This document shows, piece after piece, positions 46,296 through 58,700 of a stretch of 64,000 nucleotides of DNA. Position 1 is the stretch's first letter; each line of letters opens with the position of its first letter. The notes beneath the pieces are model-generated. The model saw nothing but the letters and a program-made list of their open reading frames with translations, was not told where the DNA came from and made no database searches. The stretch is taken from NCBI GenBank assembly GCA_046563655.1, contig CM102290.1, positions 10,602,001-10,666,000 on the forward strand, given 5' to 3'. A program made the translations under genes and the position numbers. Source of the DNA: Yuukianura sp. NJ FZ-2021 (taxonomy: Eukaryota).

Positions 46296-49200
46296 TTAAG
46301 CAAGCAGCGGAGTATTTTCTGTCGCGGCAGCATTTTCAGCTCCACCCCTCAGCGTTAAGCTTCGGAGCTTCTCGATACTCAGCCAAGACGGCCGTGTTGG
46401 CGGTGGCGGAAACGGTGCCCTAGTATGGCCCATTTCCCGGTGAATTTGAAACACAATTCCGGCAATTGAGAGCAGAACCCACAGAATTGCAAACATCAAA
46501 TCTACAAGAAATTTCTCCATCAAATTCAGTTCATATAAAACGTTTCTCCTAAATAAAACCAAGGAGGAACAAAGCGGAAGGAAGGAAACACCAAAATCTC
46601 ATTCCCGAAAACTCAAAACCGGAAAGTTCAAACAAGCTGTAATCATTCAGCCTCAAATAAAAAAAAAACACAAAACTTCAAAAAAATCGTAGCGGAAATT
46701 TCAAGAATCGTCCACAAATAAAATCAGAGGCGGAATCACATGCGGAAAGTTAGTTCAGGAATCTAAGGGATACAAATACCACAAAGCCAAAAATCAAACC
46801 GAGCAGTTAGGAGATGACAACCAGCAAAATTCCACAAATTGTGTAAATGGAAAATCGGGAATAGTCAGGATTCGTGTATGGATCTGAGTACAATGGACAG
46901 GGGACAACCGATGACGACAAGCACAACGGGGATCCACCAAGGTTGACAGGTTATGTCAAGCAAGGATTAGATTTTAAGCAAGGACAAATTAAGTTTGTTG
47001 CTTACCTGGCCATTGAAACGGTGGATCGATTATGGCACTACTAAAAGTCGGTTCGGTGGCTCTCCTCAAAAAGTTGACTACAATGAACTTGAGGTTACTC
47101 CCCATGTACTGGTCCATAGGGAAGATGATTAAATATGAACCAACGCAGCTTGAAACCACGATACTCGCCTAATCAAGTCAAACAAACAATCAGGTCATGT
47201 AACCATGTTCAAACAGCATTTCAAAAATTTCAACTAAAATATGTATTGTAGCCATCCAAAATTTGAATTCATGACTTACGATGACCGGGAAGGAGATTAG
47301 GGCCAGTGGAACGATGAGGATGAGACTCGCTGTAGAAAACCAGAAAGTAAGATTGTCTCTCAGAAACTCCATGTCCACTGCAACCGTTCAAAACAAAAAG
47401 AAAAGAACGTAAGTATAAAATTGGACACAGAATGTTTCAAAAGAAAGAAAATGTAATTGAGATTGGAAAAAGGAGGGTTTGAAAGCAAGCAGGGCCAAAT
47501 AGACTCCCACGCCTCACTGACTTCCAAGAGCTTCAAAAACTCAACCATGTCCTAAATCGGTGAAAGTAAACAGTAAGGCGGGTAGCCAATTTCGTTTCCC
47601 CGTCCACTCCACTCTCCCGGGTTAGTATAGCTCCCGCTCTCTCGTCCCTGTCCTTACAAACAAAAAAGTTACAAAGACTTCCGAAAATGTTTACACTGCC
47701 CTTTAGCAAAAAAGTTGTTCATTTTGTCGTCGTCCGTCGCCTTTTCTGTGTCCTTCCTTCCTCAACCTCCGCTCTGCAGAATCAAGAGGATGATCAGTTA
47801 AAAGCCCTTTGAGTCATTTCATTTCTTCAGCAGCAGCGACAGTTTGTTCTCGTTCCCATCTCCATGATCATTATGCTTCACAACTTCCCTCTTAAACTCC
47901 ATTTCTATTCTGCTAAGGGAGCCGAGAGGGATGAAATTTCTAACTTTCCTGGTCTATTCAGAGAAAGCCAAGGCAGTGGAGTGCACGGGGGTCATTTCTG
48001 AATTTCCATTTTCGATATCAAAGGGATCCACTCCACAAAAGTTGTTACGAATCAACTTACCCAATGGAGTGTACATAACAATGGACGAGAAGAGGATCCC
48101 TAGAATGAGACATCCAACGAAAACTGGAACGATGGGAGCCCCAAAGCATGCCCAAATCCCCAACACAGCCAGCCCACCAACCACTCCAAGGGAAATCACA
48201 GACAGAGGAATGTTGACTAAAATAAGAAAAGGCGACTGTTAAATACTGATCAGAATTTCGTACCACAATTTCTGTGGATTTTAAAAATTTTGAACTACTT
48301 ACTGATTGTTTCTGGACTAATTAGCAGAAAAATAATAATGACGGAGAGAAACGACTGGAGGCAAAAGCCTACCAAAAAAGCTTGAGACTTGAAAAACCGA
48401 TGTCCAAAAAACGTGAGAAAAATTCCAAGGAAGAGTAGACAAGCTGCGATAAGTTTTGCCAACCAGCCCTCTAAAATTAAAAATGAAATGAATGTACCAT
48501 GAATAAAGTTTTTAAAAGAAAAAAAAATAAAAAAAACTATATGTTTCCAAAACGTGTTTTTTCGTACCAAATAGACTGCAGGGTGAACTATCCGAATTTG
48601 GAGTGCACCCAAACGTAGCTGTAGGTACATAAGCAGCACACGAAGTCAGTCCTCGAACAATTACGGCGACGATTGTTCCAGTTCCAATGTAGTTTGCAAG
48701 CAGAATTCGACACGTCGGCTGACCAGTGTATACCAACTAAAAATTAAAAAAAAACATGAAGATTTCAAACTTCCGTGCAAAAGCATACTAATACAAAAAT
48801 GAGTATAAAGTTAAAAATTACCTTTTTGCCATGCGCTTCAATCGACTTCCAGTTACTCATGAGCCGTAAGTTTTCAAACAATGTTTGCCGACTCGTGTCT
48901 TTTTCGGGTAAGTGGAGGTGATAAATGTCATACTGGAGGCGGGCTCCGTCACATGTTGGTGGGGCAACGTCAAGGGGCCACGAGGCTAGTGGATAGTCGA
49001 CATTGAGCATCCATGGATTGTAAGTCGTCGGAAGAAATGGAGCTAACCGAATTGACTGTTCCATGTTACATCCACCGGGTATGGGCGCTGCGATAACCAA
49101 TTAATCGAACATACTTTTAGAAAGAGGTTCAATTTTTCAGGAAATTACATGGATATGCACAAGAGGGTAATAGTGACAGCAAGGACAAAAGTAATTTCCC

Positions 49201-50270
49201 TTATCGAAGTGTGCAGCCCAACAAGGGATCCTATTCAGACTTTTGTTCGGGGTTAAAGCTTAAACTGGACCACTTACCATTACTGTCGTAGACTTGTAAG
49301 CCCAGAAGAACATAGACAGGCTGAGTGTTCAAATTTCGGAGATAGACGACACTTGTGGAGTTGTTGCCGGGATCATCGTTGAACACAACTAGGCCAATGT
49401 TGCTGCCAGTTGTGTGGTGGCCTCTGGTAAGTGTACGATTATAGGAAAGTGTGACATTTCCCAGGTACACATTGGCCTGGACGATGCTGAAACTGACGTC
49501 CCAAGAAATATTTGTGATGAAAATCAGGAAGTCTTCGGTTGGTGTAGCTTCGATCTCCAAAAAGTTATTTGCGGGGCTCAGAGTAACTACTACATCTAAA
49601 AACAACAAATAAAAATCAAAATTAACTTAATTAGCATACTGTTTCGACAACTACTTTAAAGCGTGGAGTTACATAAAAAAAATCGTCAAAGCATAGCCAT
49701 AACCTGGGCCCTCAACATAAAGCAAGTACCGTAGCTTCCTTTTTCTGAACGTGCTAAGCACTCACGCAAACAATGGATTAGGATTAGTACGAATGTGACG
49801 AATTAACCTTTCCTTATTACATTGCAAACTGTGTTATAATCGTTAAAAACACAAAATGGGTTCTTTCTGAAACTTTTTTTTTGAAACGTCGAAGACCATT
49901 GGATGCTAAACTAGGTTGGGGTTCATTAGGATTTCTCATTTTTACTTGAATGATTTTCACTAGCACTTTCCTGTTTCAACACAAAAGACAAAGGCAAAGG
50001 CATTGTGTCTAGTCAATTGACCCCTTTTCCATTGTTACAAATAAGTGTCACCTACAAGTCACCTATTGTCATTGGTAAGATTTGCATACTTGGTTGATTT
50101 TCATCATCAGGATTGTAATAAGCCAATTTGACGACTGTTTATACGTAGCGCTTGAGCTGAAGATCTATAATTCACTTAAAACTTGGCTAATTCTCACCTG
50201 TTCTGGCATGTCCAAGTAGACCGATAAGTATAAACAGCTTGAAAATAAACGTTTCTTGGACCTGAGTCAT
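46296..50270 (-). CDS. TM7SF3: Transmembrane 7 superfamily member 3 (TM7SF3-like), about 553 aa, 10 coding exons
   Basis: Minus exons 50270-50198 (signal-peptide-like MTQVQETFIFKLFILIGLLGHART), 50134-50090, 49595-49278, 49087-48822 (APIPGGCNME), 48736-48568 (AAYVPTATFGC), 48470-48303 (FFGHRFFK), 48216-48061, 47377-47280, 47168-47006 (GSNLKFIVVNFLRRAT..PPFQ), 46501-46296 (RAPFPPPP..ENTPLLA*) sum to 1662 nt. Large ectodomain followed by multiple hydrophobic helices. The first two exons are the least certain. Confidence 0.88.
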
Positions 50271-51004
50271 AGCTTAAGTACGTAGTATCGTCGTTATCGG
50301 GTGGAGACTGAATCCTGGAAGGGTACTACTCCCGGCTGGACCTGGAATGGAAGCAAAGGAAACTAATCAGCAAAATGCATAAGTTATATCGCTATTAACC
50401 ATATTAAGGCAATTCTAATTACTACAAACCATGCCAATTGTTATAACTCTTCGAAATCGAATTCCTTCTTACAACTACAACGAGTGCATTAAGAGTAGCC
50501 GTGCCGTGATTTACTTCGTAAATGGTACACTCAGGTCATTTGGCAACTCCTCGATTCCCACTTTAGACTTTACTAACACTAACGTTAAGAGTAGTTGATT
50601 ATTGGAACTAGATCGATAAAGGCCGAAACCATACACACCAATGACACCGGGAGACCGGGACGAAAGTGAGCAGTGACCTGATTAATGTTAACGAGAATTC
50701 AGAGCTTACGATTTACGAATCGGAAATCTTCAACAACTCACCCTGAATATACGGCCTTCCCCGAGTGACTTGCCAGCGCGACCAACTACTTAATTGCGAA
50801 CAGCTTAAGTTTCACATGTCAAGTGTCACGATGTCTGCTTACTGACTCACCAGTTGTTTGCTCACATACAGTGTGAATTCACGAAAAAAAAAGTTTACGT
50901 AATGTTTATAGATGCTTCACAGCTGTTTTAGAATGTTGTTTTGGAAAAATTCGGATCCTTCAAAAACAGAAGGAATCAGCTGTAAATCTTTCCCCACTTT
51001 GCCC

Positions 51005-52325
51005 GAGTAATGCGCCACTACTCTTTTAGCAATGTCGCAAATAACGTTACAACTACATATAAGGGTAATCTTTTTAAATTAAAATGGTAACACAAAGACA
51101 CCTTTATGTAAGATTTATGTACACAATAGTTAATGATAGCAGTTTCGATGTTTTTAATAATTACTATAAGAAACTTAATGACGTTCCTGGGTATGCTACG
51201 TCAACCTTATGCAGCAACACGAAAATTCAGGCCTCTCAAGAAAGAAATAAGAAAAAGAGTTTAGTTACATTTCATTTGAGATCAATACAACTGTGGAGTA
51301 ATCTGAGTTAAGAAGTAGAAAGAACTGAGAGAATTTTAAAAGAACATTGAAAAAAATTTTACTAAAGGAGCAAATTGAAAATTATGTAAACAATTAGTGG
51401 TTAAGACTAATTAAGTAAGTTAGTAACTATAATGTGATCCCATAGATGATTAAGTGTAGGTTAGACTAAATTTAAAATAGTTACCTCCTAGTTTGAATAC
51501 TACAATTTGTGATGCTATTGATCATATGTATGTAATACCACTTCGGTAGTTACAGTTAAGATCGGAATGAAAATTGTAAAATTACCTTAATAAATCAAAC
51601 AAAATATGATTTAAAAAAAGCCTACTCTATCCTAATCAAATTGCTATAATTTTCACACAAATATAATAATAATTTTCTAATAAACAGCTACTGATTTCAC
51701 ATTAAAAACACTTTAGCTTGAACTATAAACAATAAGTAGAGAAAATTATAACGCTAATCTTTAATTTCTCCCAAATTCTTATGTATGATGATCATGAACT
51801 TTTTTGTACTTTAAACTTGAAGTTTGACCTTGAATGAAAATAGCATCAAATTAAAAATATTCTTGCATCGACCGCGATTATTACGATTGCCCAATAAAAT
51901 AAAATTCAATGCTGATAAGTATAATGCAAACAAAAATTGACAATATGGCGTATTTATTTGTTTTAATATGCTAAACTAGAAATTCAAAAAAGTTTTTTCT
52001 CCAAAGTAGCGCATAGAAGTATAAAATAGGTTCTATAAACAATGTCTAATTATGAAAAACTAATATGAATTCGATTTTTATTGGGCACATTGTATCCGCC
52101 CGACAGGTTATTACACCATGGCTTATAATAAATTTAGTAGTGTTTAGACAGTATGAAGAGCTTATGAACTATTAGTACACTTAAGATTTTGAATAACGGT
52201 AAACAAATTAGGTAAATACACGAACAAAGACGTTTAATTTAAGGGAATGTTTTACTTTATATTTACATTAGATTATGTTATTCCAGATAAACATTAGCTG
52301 AAAAGGCTTTGGTGGCGCATTACTC
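51005..52325. mobile_element. Putative old non-autonomous DNA transposon with 14-bp terminal inverted repeats
   Basis: GAGTAATGCGCCAC at 51005-51018 and its reverse complement GTGGCGCATTACTC at 52312-52325, with weaker similarity extending about 15 nt inward; the interior is markedly AT-rich. No target-site duplication visible. Confidence 0.55.
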
Positions 52326-52788
52326 TAGCGAAGAAGAGAAAGTTTAGTTTGTACTATCAGTTGTACATTGGAGCGAGAGTGAAAGTGCATGTGCAAAGAC
52401 CACAGAATCTCTGCTGAATTCCTCAGATTTTTGGGCTATTGGGTTTCTCTGGGTTGGGTGTGGATCGATTACTTTTCCACCTTTTCATAGTTATTTAGGG
52501 AATTGTCATCAATTAAATTGCATAACAATCTGAAACTGTCCAAGTAGTGGGTGACAGGAGTAACAAGTTTTCAGTCATGTCGTGTGCCGTATGTCTGGTG
52601 GAGGTAACTTTGTCAGTAGTCAGTGCGATGGGTGGGTAGTCAAGAGGAATGTGTTTCTGTAAATCATACACACATCAGTGCTCTGTCAACATAAGTTCCA
52701 CTTCCGTTCCTGTCAACTTACCGTCGTCACGGCTTGAGGACTTTTACCTTGTTGAGTTGTGCTGTGTCACTGGGGTCAACTTCCCCAT

Positions 52789-55700
52789 ATGGGCAAAGAT
52801 CAGGAGCTAATTGAGGCTGCTCGGAATGGAGACTATCAAATCGTTGAGAAAATACTGGCCCAGAGGGCGAAGAAGAGTGGACCACTGGCAAGGTACTAGA
52901 AAAGTTTGCGCGTTACAAAATTGTAAATTTACAAAATTTACTTTTTACCCTGAATAAAATTACGGTTAGTAAAACAAATTACGTACTAAAAGTAAAACCG
53001 TCATATGTATACAAATTCCGCCTATTCGTTATATGGGTCTGATTCGTGTTTGAATTGCTACGTGCGAAATATTTTATTCGAAGTATACGTAAATACGCAA
53101 CGACATTCAAGTTTCGCTAACAAAAATTTCAAATAGTATAACGTATAGTATACTATGTACATTACTTACAATATGTACAACCAAACTTAAAGTTTGAACT
53201 TACACTACAATTTACCGCCTACAGTGGTATGACGCGTGGGCATTGATAACCTTATGTCATGTCATGTCATGCCAATACGCCCGGATACCACGAGTTACGT
53301 CGATCACGAACGATTTGTTCCATGATATCGGAAATTTATTTTGCTTGTAGTTAGCTGAATTGCCGGTAAGAGTCTGTATAAAACTTTCTTTTACTCAATG
53401 GAAAACCAGAACAATGTTGAGACATTGTTGTTGACAGCGAAGGATAATCAGGTTTGGTTAAGTGGTTGAGAACTTCGTGTAGATTAAAGAGAAAGCCGTG
53501 TTAACTGCAATTTTAAGTAAGAACATCTTCAGAGCGTCGTCGTGACACACTTTTTTATTAGGATCTTACCGACCATCTTCGAATACTACAATATTGTGAA
53601 TTGTAATGATACCAAAGGAGTTTCCTAAGGACTTGATTTGTATCGTTTCCTAAATACTATAACAATGTGACAAGGGTAACAGTTTTGCTTACCTGTCAAC
53701 TTGAATTCGCAAATTTTCCGTAAAGTATAAAATCACGTCAAACCGGTTTTTTTCATTATCGACATTCCCCATCTTCACAAAGTTCTTACAAAACAGTTTT
53801 CACCTAAATTTACTTGCTCTTTCACGCAACCACTTTACTGTATAAGTACTAACTTGTAGCCTAACTTGTGTTGTTGTGTACTTGTGATGGCCGGGTTGAA
53901 GTTGTTGTCAACGCAAGCTGTCATCATCGTCATGTTGTTGTTGTAATCAAGTCCAATCCGACGGTAACACCGTTTTCAATTTCTTGCAAAAAATCATTTC
54001 AGGAATTTGTAAGTTACCTAACAGGAACGAAAGCCACTTTGACTTTCTAACTTTAAGCAACTTTGAGTCATTCCGCTATTTTTTAGGTGTCGGCGTGTGC
54101 CAATGCCAAAGTCACTTCCTGTATTACCGTTACATAACATCTTCTTTTCTGACGTTGATGATAGCAATCTCATCACAAAATCATTCTTCATTACTTTTTT
54201 CATTAACGGTTAACTAATGCAAAAGTCACTTGACCTAACTCCTCAACTAATCCAACTATAATAAGTGACCAAGTATTTAACTTTTAGTAATGTACGAATT
54301 TATGGCATTTTGCCCCAAATCGAACAAATGGTGAACCTGATCAATTATTTTTTGAATTTTGCAGTTTGCGCAGAGGTGCTGGAGTGAACGTCCAGGATTC
54401 CAGTGGATTTTCAGCTTTGCATCATGCAGCAGTGAACCGCCACAGGTTAGTGAAGCACCAAAATTCATGAATTTGGGAATTTCTTGGTTACCGTACAGGC
54501 GTACCCGAGCCGAGCAGTTGACATTCATTTTTGTTAACTTTGTTAACATGTTAAGTTTTTTAGTAACTGATTTTTACTTGTTTTTTAGGGACATTGTTGA
54601 GCTACTTTTGAGTCAAGAGGCCTCTACGAATATCGTTGACCTTCAAGGGTCCTCTCCGCTCCACTTGGCTGCATGGAGTGGAAACGAAGACATTGTTTGG
54701 CTGCTCCTCACCCATGGACCCTCCACACCCAATGTCAATCTCCTCGTAAGATCCATGATGCACCAATTTTGAATTTTAAAGTTCCATTGTTACTGTTGAC
54801 AAGTTCTCAGCCCTTAGTTGTCTCCTGACCTCTGACTTTCTGTCACCAACTTACGCTCAGTTCAAGTCATAGCCATCGTTAAAGCCAAACTACCCGGGTA
54901 GCACATGAAGATAGCTCAAAATAAGTTGTTTCCATCTACATTCTAGTTGAGGGGACTTCAAACCCAGGCTTGTGTGACCCCTTAGGAAGGATACAAGGGC
55001 CCCTTTCTTGTAGACGTAGGGACTTAAAGTGAGCCCGTTTGGGTGGCCGTTGTGTCATTGTGATGAAGTCTGGTGCTGGTTTTGATGTAATTGAGAGGGT
55101 AGTTGGACCAAGTGACTAACATGATTTAAACCTAGGCACATTGACTCTTCTGATTGAAACTTGGCTGTATCTTCCCTCTTTTTTGAAATTGAATCTTGTT
55201 GAAAGCTAATTGGTTTAAGGCGTAGGGGGTGTTGATAGGACGAGATAGCCTGTTCATAGGAGACAATGGATTCATTAAGGGAATGAAAGTGAAACGACTA
55301 GTCCATTTGAACAATCCTGCGTCATCACCAATTACACCAAACAGGGAAATCCCATTTACGGAAGACCAAAGGAACAAACTAAACCAAAATACTAAAAAAG
55401 ATCCAACAGATAGGTCGTTGACCCGGTACGCCACATGTCACTTGCTTCTGCGATGAGATTCTGCGAATCCTTCAAGTTCTGCTGGTTAACACACTAGTGA
55501 TAGTTAGCATAATGGTACTGGTTAGCATACTGTTGCGGTTAGCATGCTGGTGCTGATTGGTATAAGCACTTGGGTAGTATTCCTAGGCCTTGACATTCAA
55601 AAACTTTTGGAGTTTGTGGTTTCAATTGTCAACTTGTCCAGCTTTTTGGCAAAGTCCTTGGCCGAGTGAGATTTTGAAGTTCAAAATGTTGTTAGGAGTT

Positions 55701-58700
55701 CAAAATGTAAGTGGGTTTTGAAATGGAGGTCGGAGGTAGATTTGGAAATTTGGAATTTGAACGCAGGTTGGTCTTATTTGACAGTTTGCATGAATGGTTC
55801 TGTGAAGAAGATGAGGGAGACAGATGAGTTCTTGCTTTTACTTGTGTACTGTCTCCTAGGATTCACATCATCTTCATCCGAAATCCCGATCTGTTTGATG
55901 TTGACTGACGATAGGAGCCTATGGCATGGCCATGACGCTGGGGTCGTATGGATCGGACAGGTTGGAAGGTTAGGGACAAAACTGATTGTCCCTGTGACCA
56001 GTTCAGCGGAAAATCAGCCTTTCTCATTATTTGCTATTCAATTCCCTCAATGTCGCTTCCATCAGTCGTCAACTTTTCGTTGCTGGTCTACTAATTGTTT
56101 TCAAAGAGATACTGTACATTTTTCGTTTTTTTCAAAAACGTGGGATGTCTAAATTTTGATTTTGAAAATTCCGAATTTTGAAATGACAGGTCACAGGTCA
56201 GGCGGAAGTGTAAATCCAAATCCAGAGTGACAGGACGACATGTTTTAGGACAAAAGTTTCTTGAAATACTTTTGATCTGCAAGTTGAATTTTTTTTTTCG
56301 TAGAATCAATCCCTGGAAGCACCTCTGCATATGGCAGCACAATTTGGACACGTTGGTGTCGTGAGGTTGCTTCTGGAACATGGTGCAAATGCAGTCATCA
56401 CGAATTCGCGGCAGGAAACGGCCTTGGATCTAGCAGCACACTACGGAAGGTAAGTTATTCGTGATGCACTTCCTTTTTTCAAAATTTGAACTATTTTGTC
56501 CAGAAAGCAGCGGAATTGTGTCAAAATTCTTTTGAAAATGAATTATTTGTCTAATTTTAATTTTTGAAATTGTTTAGATTGGAAACTGTTCAATTGTTAG
56601 TCAATTCGCATCCGGAACTCCTGTCAGCCTATTCTAGTCTCATGAACCCACGCAACGTCTTTCCTCATACTCCGCTCCACTTAGCATCACGAAATGGACA
56701 TCGGTAAGCCCCGTTCATTTCTGTTGAAACATCATCCTTTACTTTTAAATTGTTCGGAGGGGAAGTATAAAGTACGGTCGGTCACGCTTAAGCTAGATTT
56801 TGCTTTGCTCCGTCTTCTGATGTTGACAAAAGTACTTAAGAAATGATGACAGAGTTCATAAAAGTGTTTTTATTGACTCTAATCCACACTCTCCACACTC
56901 CCTTATAGTACTTGTAGTACCCACTTCAGAAACACTTCAAACACATACAGTTTGTCTCTTGAATCTGCTTTTCCAAAAGTCATTTCATTCGGATTGAGCT
57001 AATTATTGTTGACTTGAGGGAATGGAATTGGGAGTGACAAGGGCCCTTGACAGGGTGAAGACAAGCGACAATTGCAGCAAATGAAAAAATGAAATATTTT
57101 CGGGGTACCCTTATTGTTTAACTCCGAAGTGTTCCACGTATTTGTTTGTTTTATGTCAACAATCAACAACAGTTAGCATGATTTTTAGTATTTAGTTTAG
57201 CTTTTTTGTTAGTTTTTGTATGATTTGCAAATTGCAAATATGTTTTGATGTAGGAGCGTTGTGGATATCCTGGTAAGAGCGGGATTCGATGTAAACACGA
57301 GGACTTGTGAAGGAACAGCATTACATGAAGCGGCGCTTTGTGGAAAAGTGGATGTCGTAAAGGCGCTGCTGGACGCGGACATTGACGTCTGTGTCACGGA
57401 CAGCAACAGGCGAACAGCAGTGGACCGCCTAAGCGAAGTTGGGCTCAAAACTCCCGTAGCGAAGGAGATTGCAGAACTAATTCGGGGTAAAACTTAAGTT
57501 TTGGCGATGTTTCAATTAAAGATATTAAACATAAGTAATTAAATTCGGGTGACTTAACATGGGTAGGTGCTCTGAAGAGGTCAACTATCCAAACTAACCT
57601 GGGAAGTTCCACGTTGTCTTCACCGATGAGCAATGCTGCAATTACTCCACCTCCACAGTGGGCCAAAGACGGAAACGAAAAGCTTCCATTGAGTCAGATG
57701 TACGATTACTCGTTATTTTTGGTGCTAACTACTAAGCGGATTAATACATTTAATTAGTTGCGTTTTTTAGATACGATAATCACTCGCACAGTGACATCGA
57801 GCCTTCTAGCAATAGCAAATGTCGCCACTCGTACTCACCACGACAATCCCCAACACCCACCTACTTTATTCGGGACAAAACTCGTCGCTCACTCGATGTC
57901 CACTCATCAAAGGGACCTGATTTTGATAAGGTAAGGCATGCGCAGACGCAGTCTCTCAAATCTTAGTAGGTTGATTTGGTCCATTTTTCCTGAATTTTGA
58001 TTCACACGATTTTTGCTGATTTTTGATTTCGACGATTTTTGAAATTTTTATTTGCGTTTTTTTTTTTGCGAATTACGCAGTCTCTGGCTGGACCACCAAA
58101 GAAACCCCCCAGGCGAAATTTATCCGCGTCTCCCACCCACCCCGACTTCTACAGTGTAGATGCAACTACCGTTCCCGTGTATCCGTCGCTCTCCAGAAAC
58201 AAATCGCTGGACGAAAGTGTGTACAGAGACAGTTGGAGAAACAGCGTCGGACCATGTTGTGACACTAGTCAGTCTACCGACTCCATTGACAAGACGCCTG
58301 GACTTGGACGAGACCCATGTCCACCTCCTCACCTCATTCCTGCTGCCCGGGAACGTGATAACGTCAGTCTTCGAAGTGACCAGCAGCTAAACAAGGTTCA
58401 CAAAAAATCCAAGTCTGATTGCGTTCCCCCAGTGACTTCCGAAGATGGGCGAATCGACTCGTCTCTTCAGGGAGGCCATAGTTTCGTTTCCGTTGCGCGT
58501 ATTAACCTAAGAGATTCCAAAACTGAACAAAGTGTGAGTCCGATTAAACTGAAGTTGATTGATGGCAAGGAACGTGAACAGGACTTCAGTGACGGTTCTG
58601 CACATGCGTCGGATTCTTCCTGCGAAGCCCCAAAGGTATAGAAAGTTTTTCATTTTTTTTATTTCCGAAAATTGTAATTTTTTGTTATTGTGACTGATTT

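Noticed and set aside
48217..48237. Upstream acceptor for TM7SF3 exon 7 (ORF 48057-48266)
   Set aside because: Gives a non-hydrophobic wrong frame; the acceptor at 48217-48218 restores the transmembrane helix.
55132..56152. ORFs in ANKS1 intron 3 as a nested gene
   Set aside because: No recognisable domain or coherent splice structure; flanking ANKS1 exons already join in phase 0.
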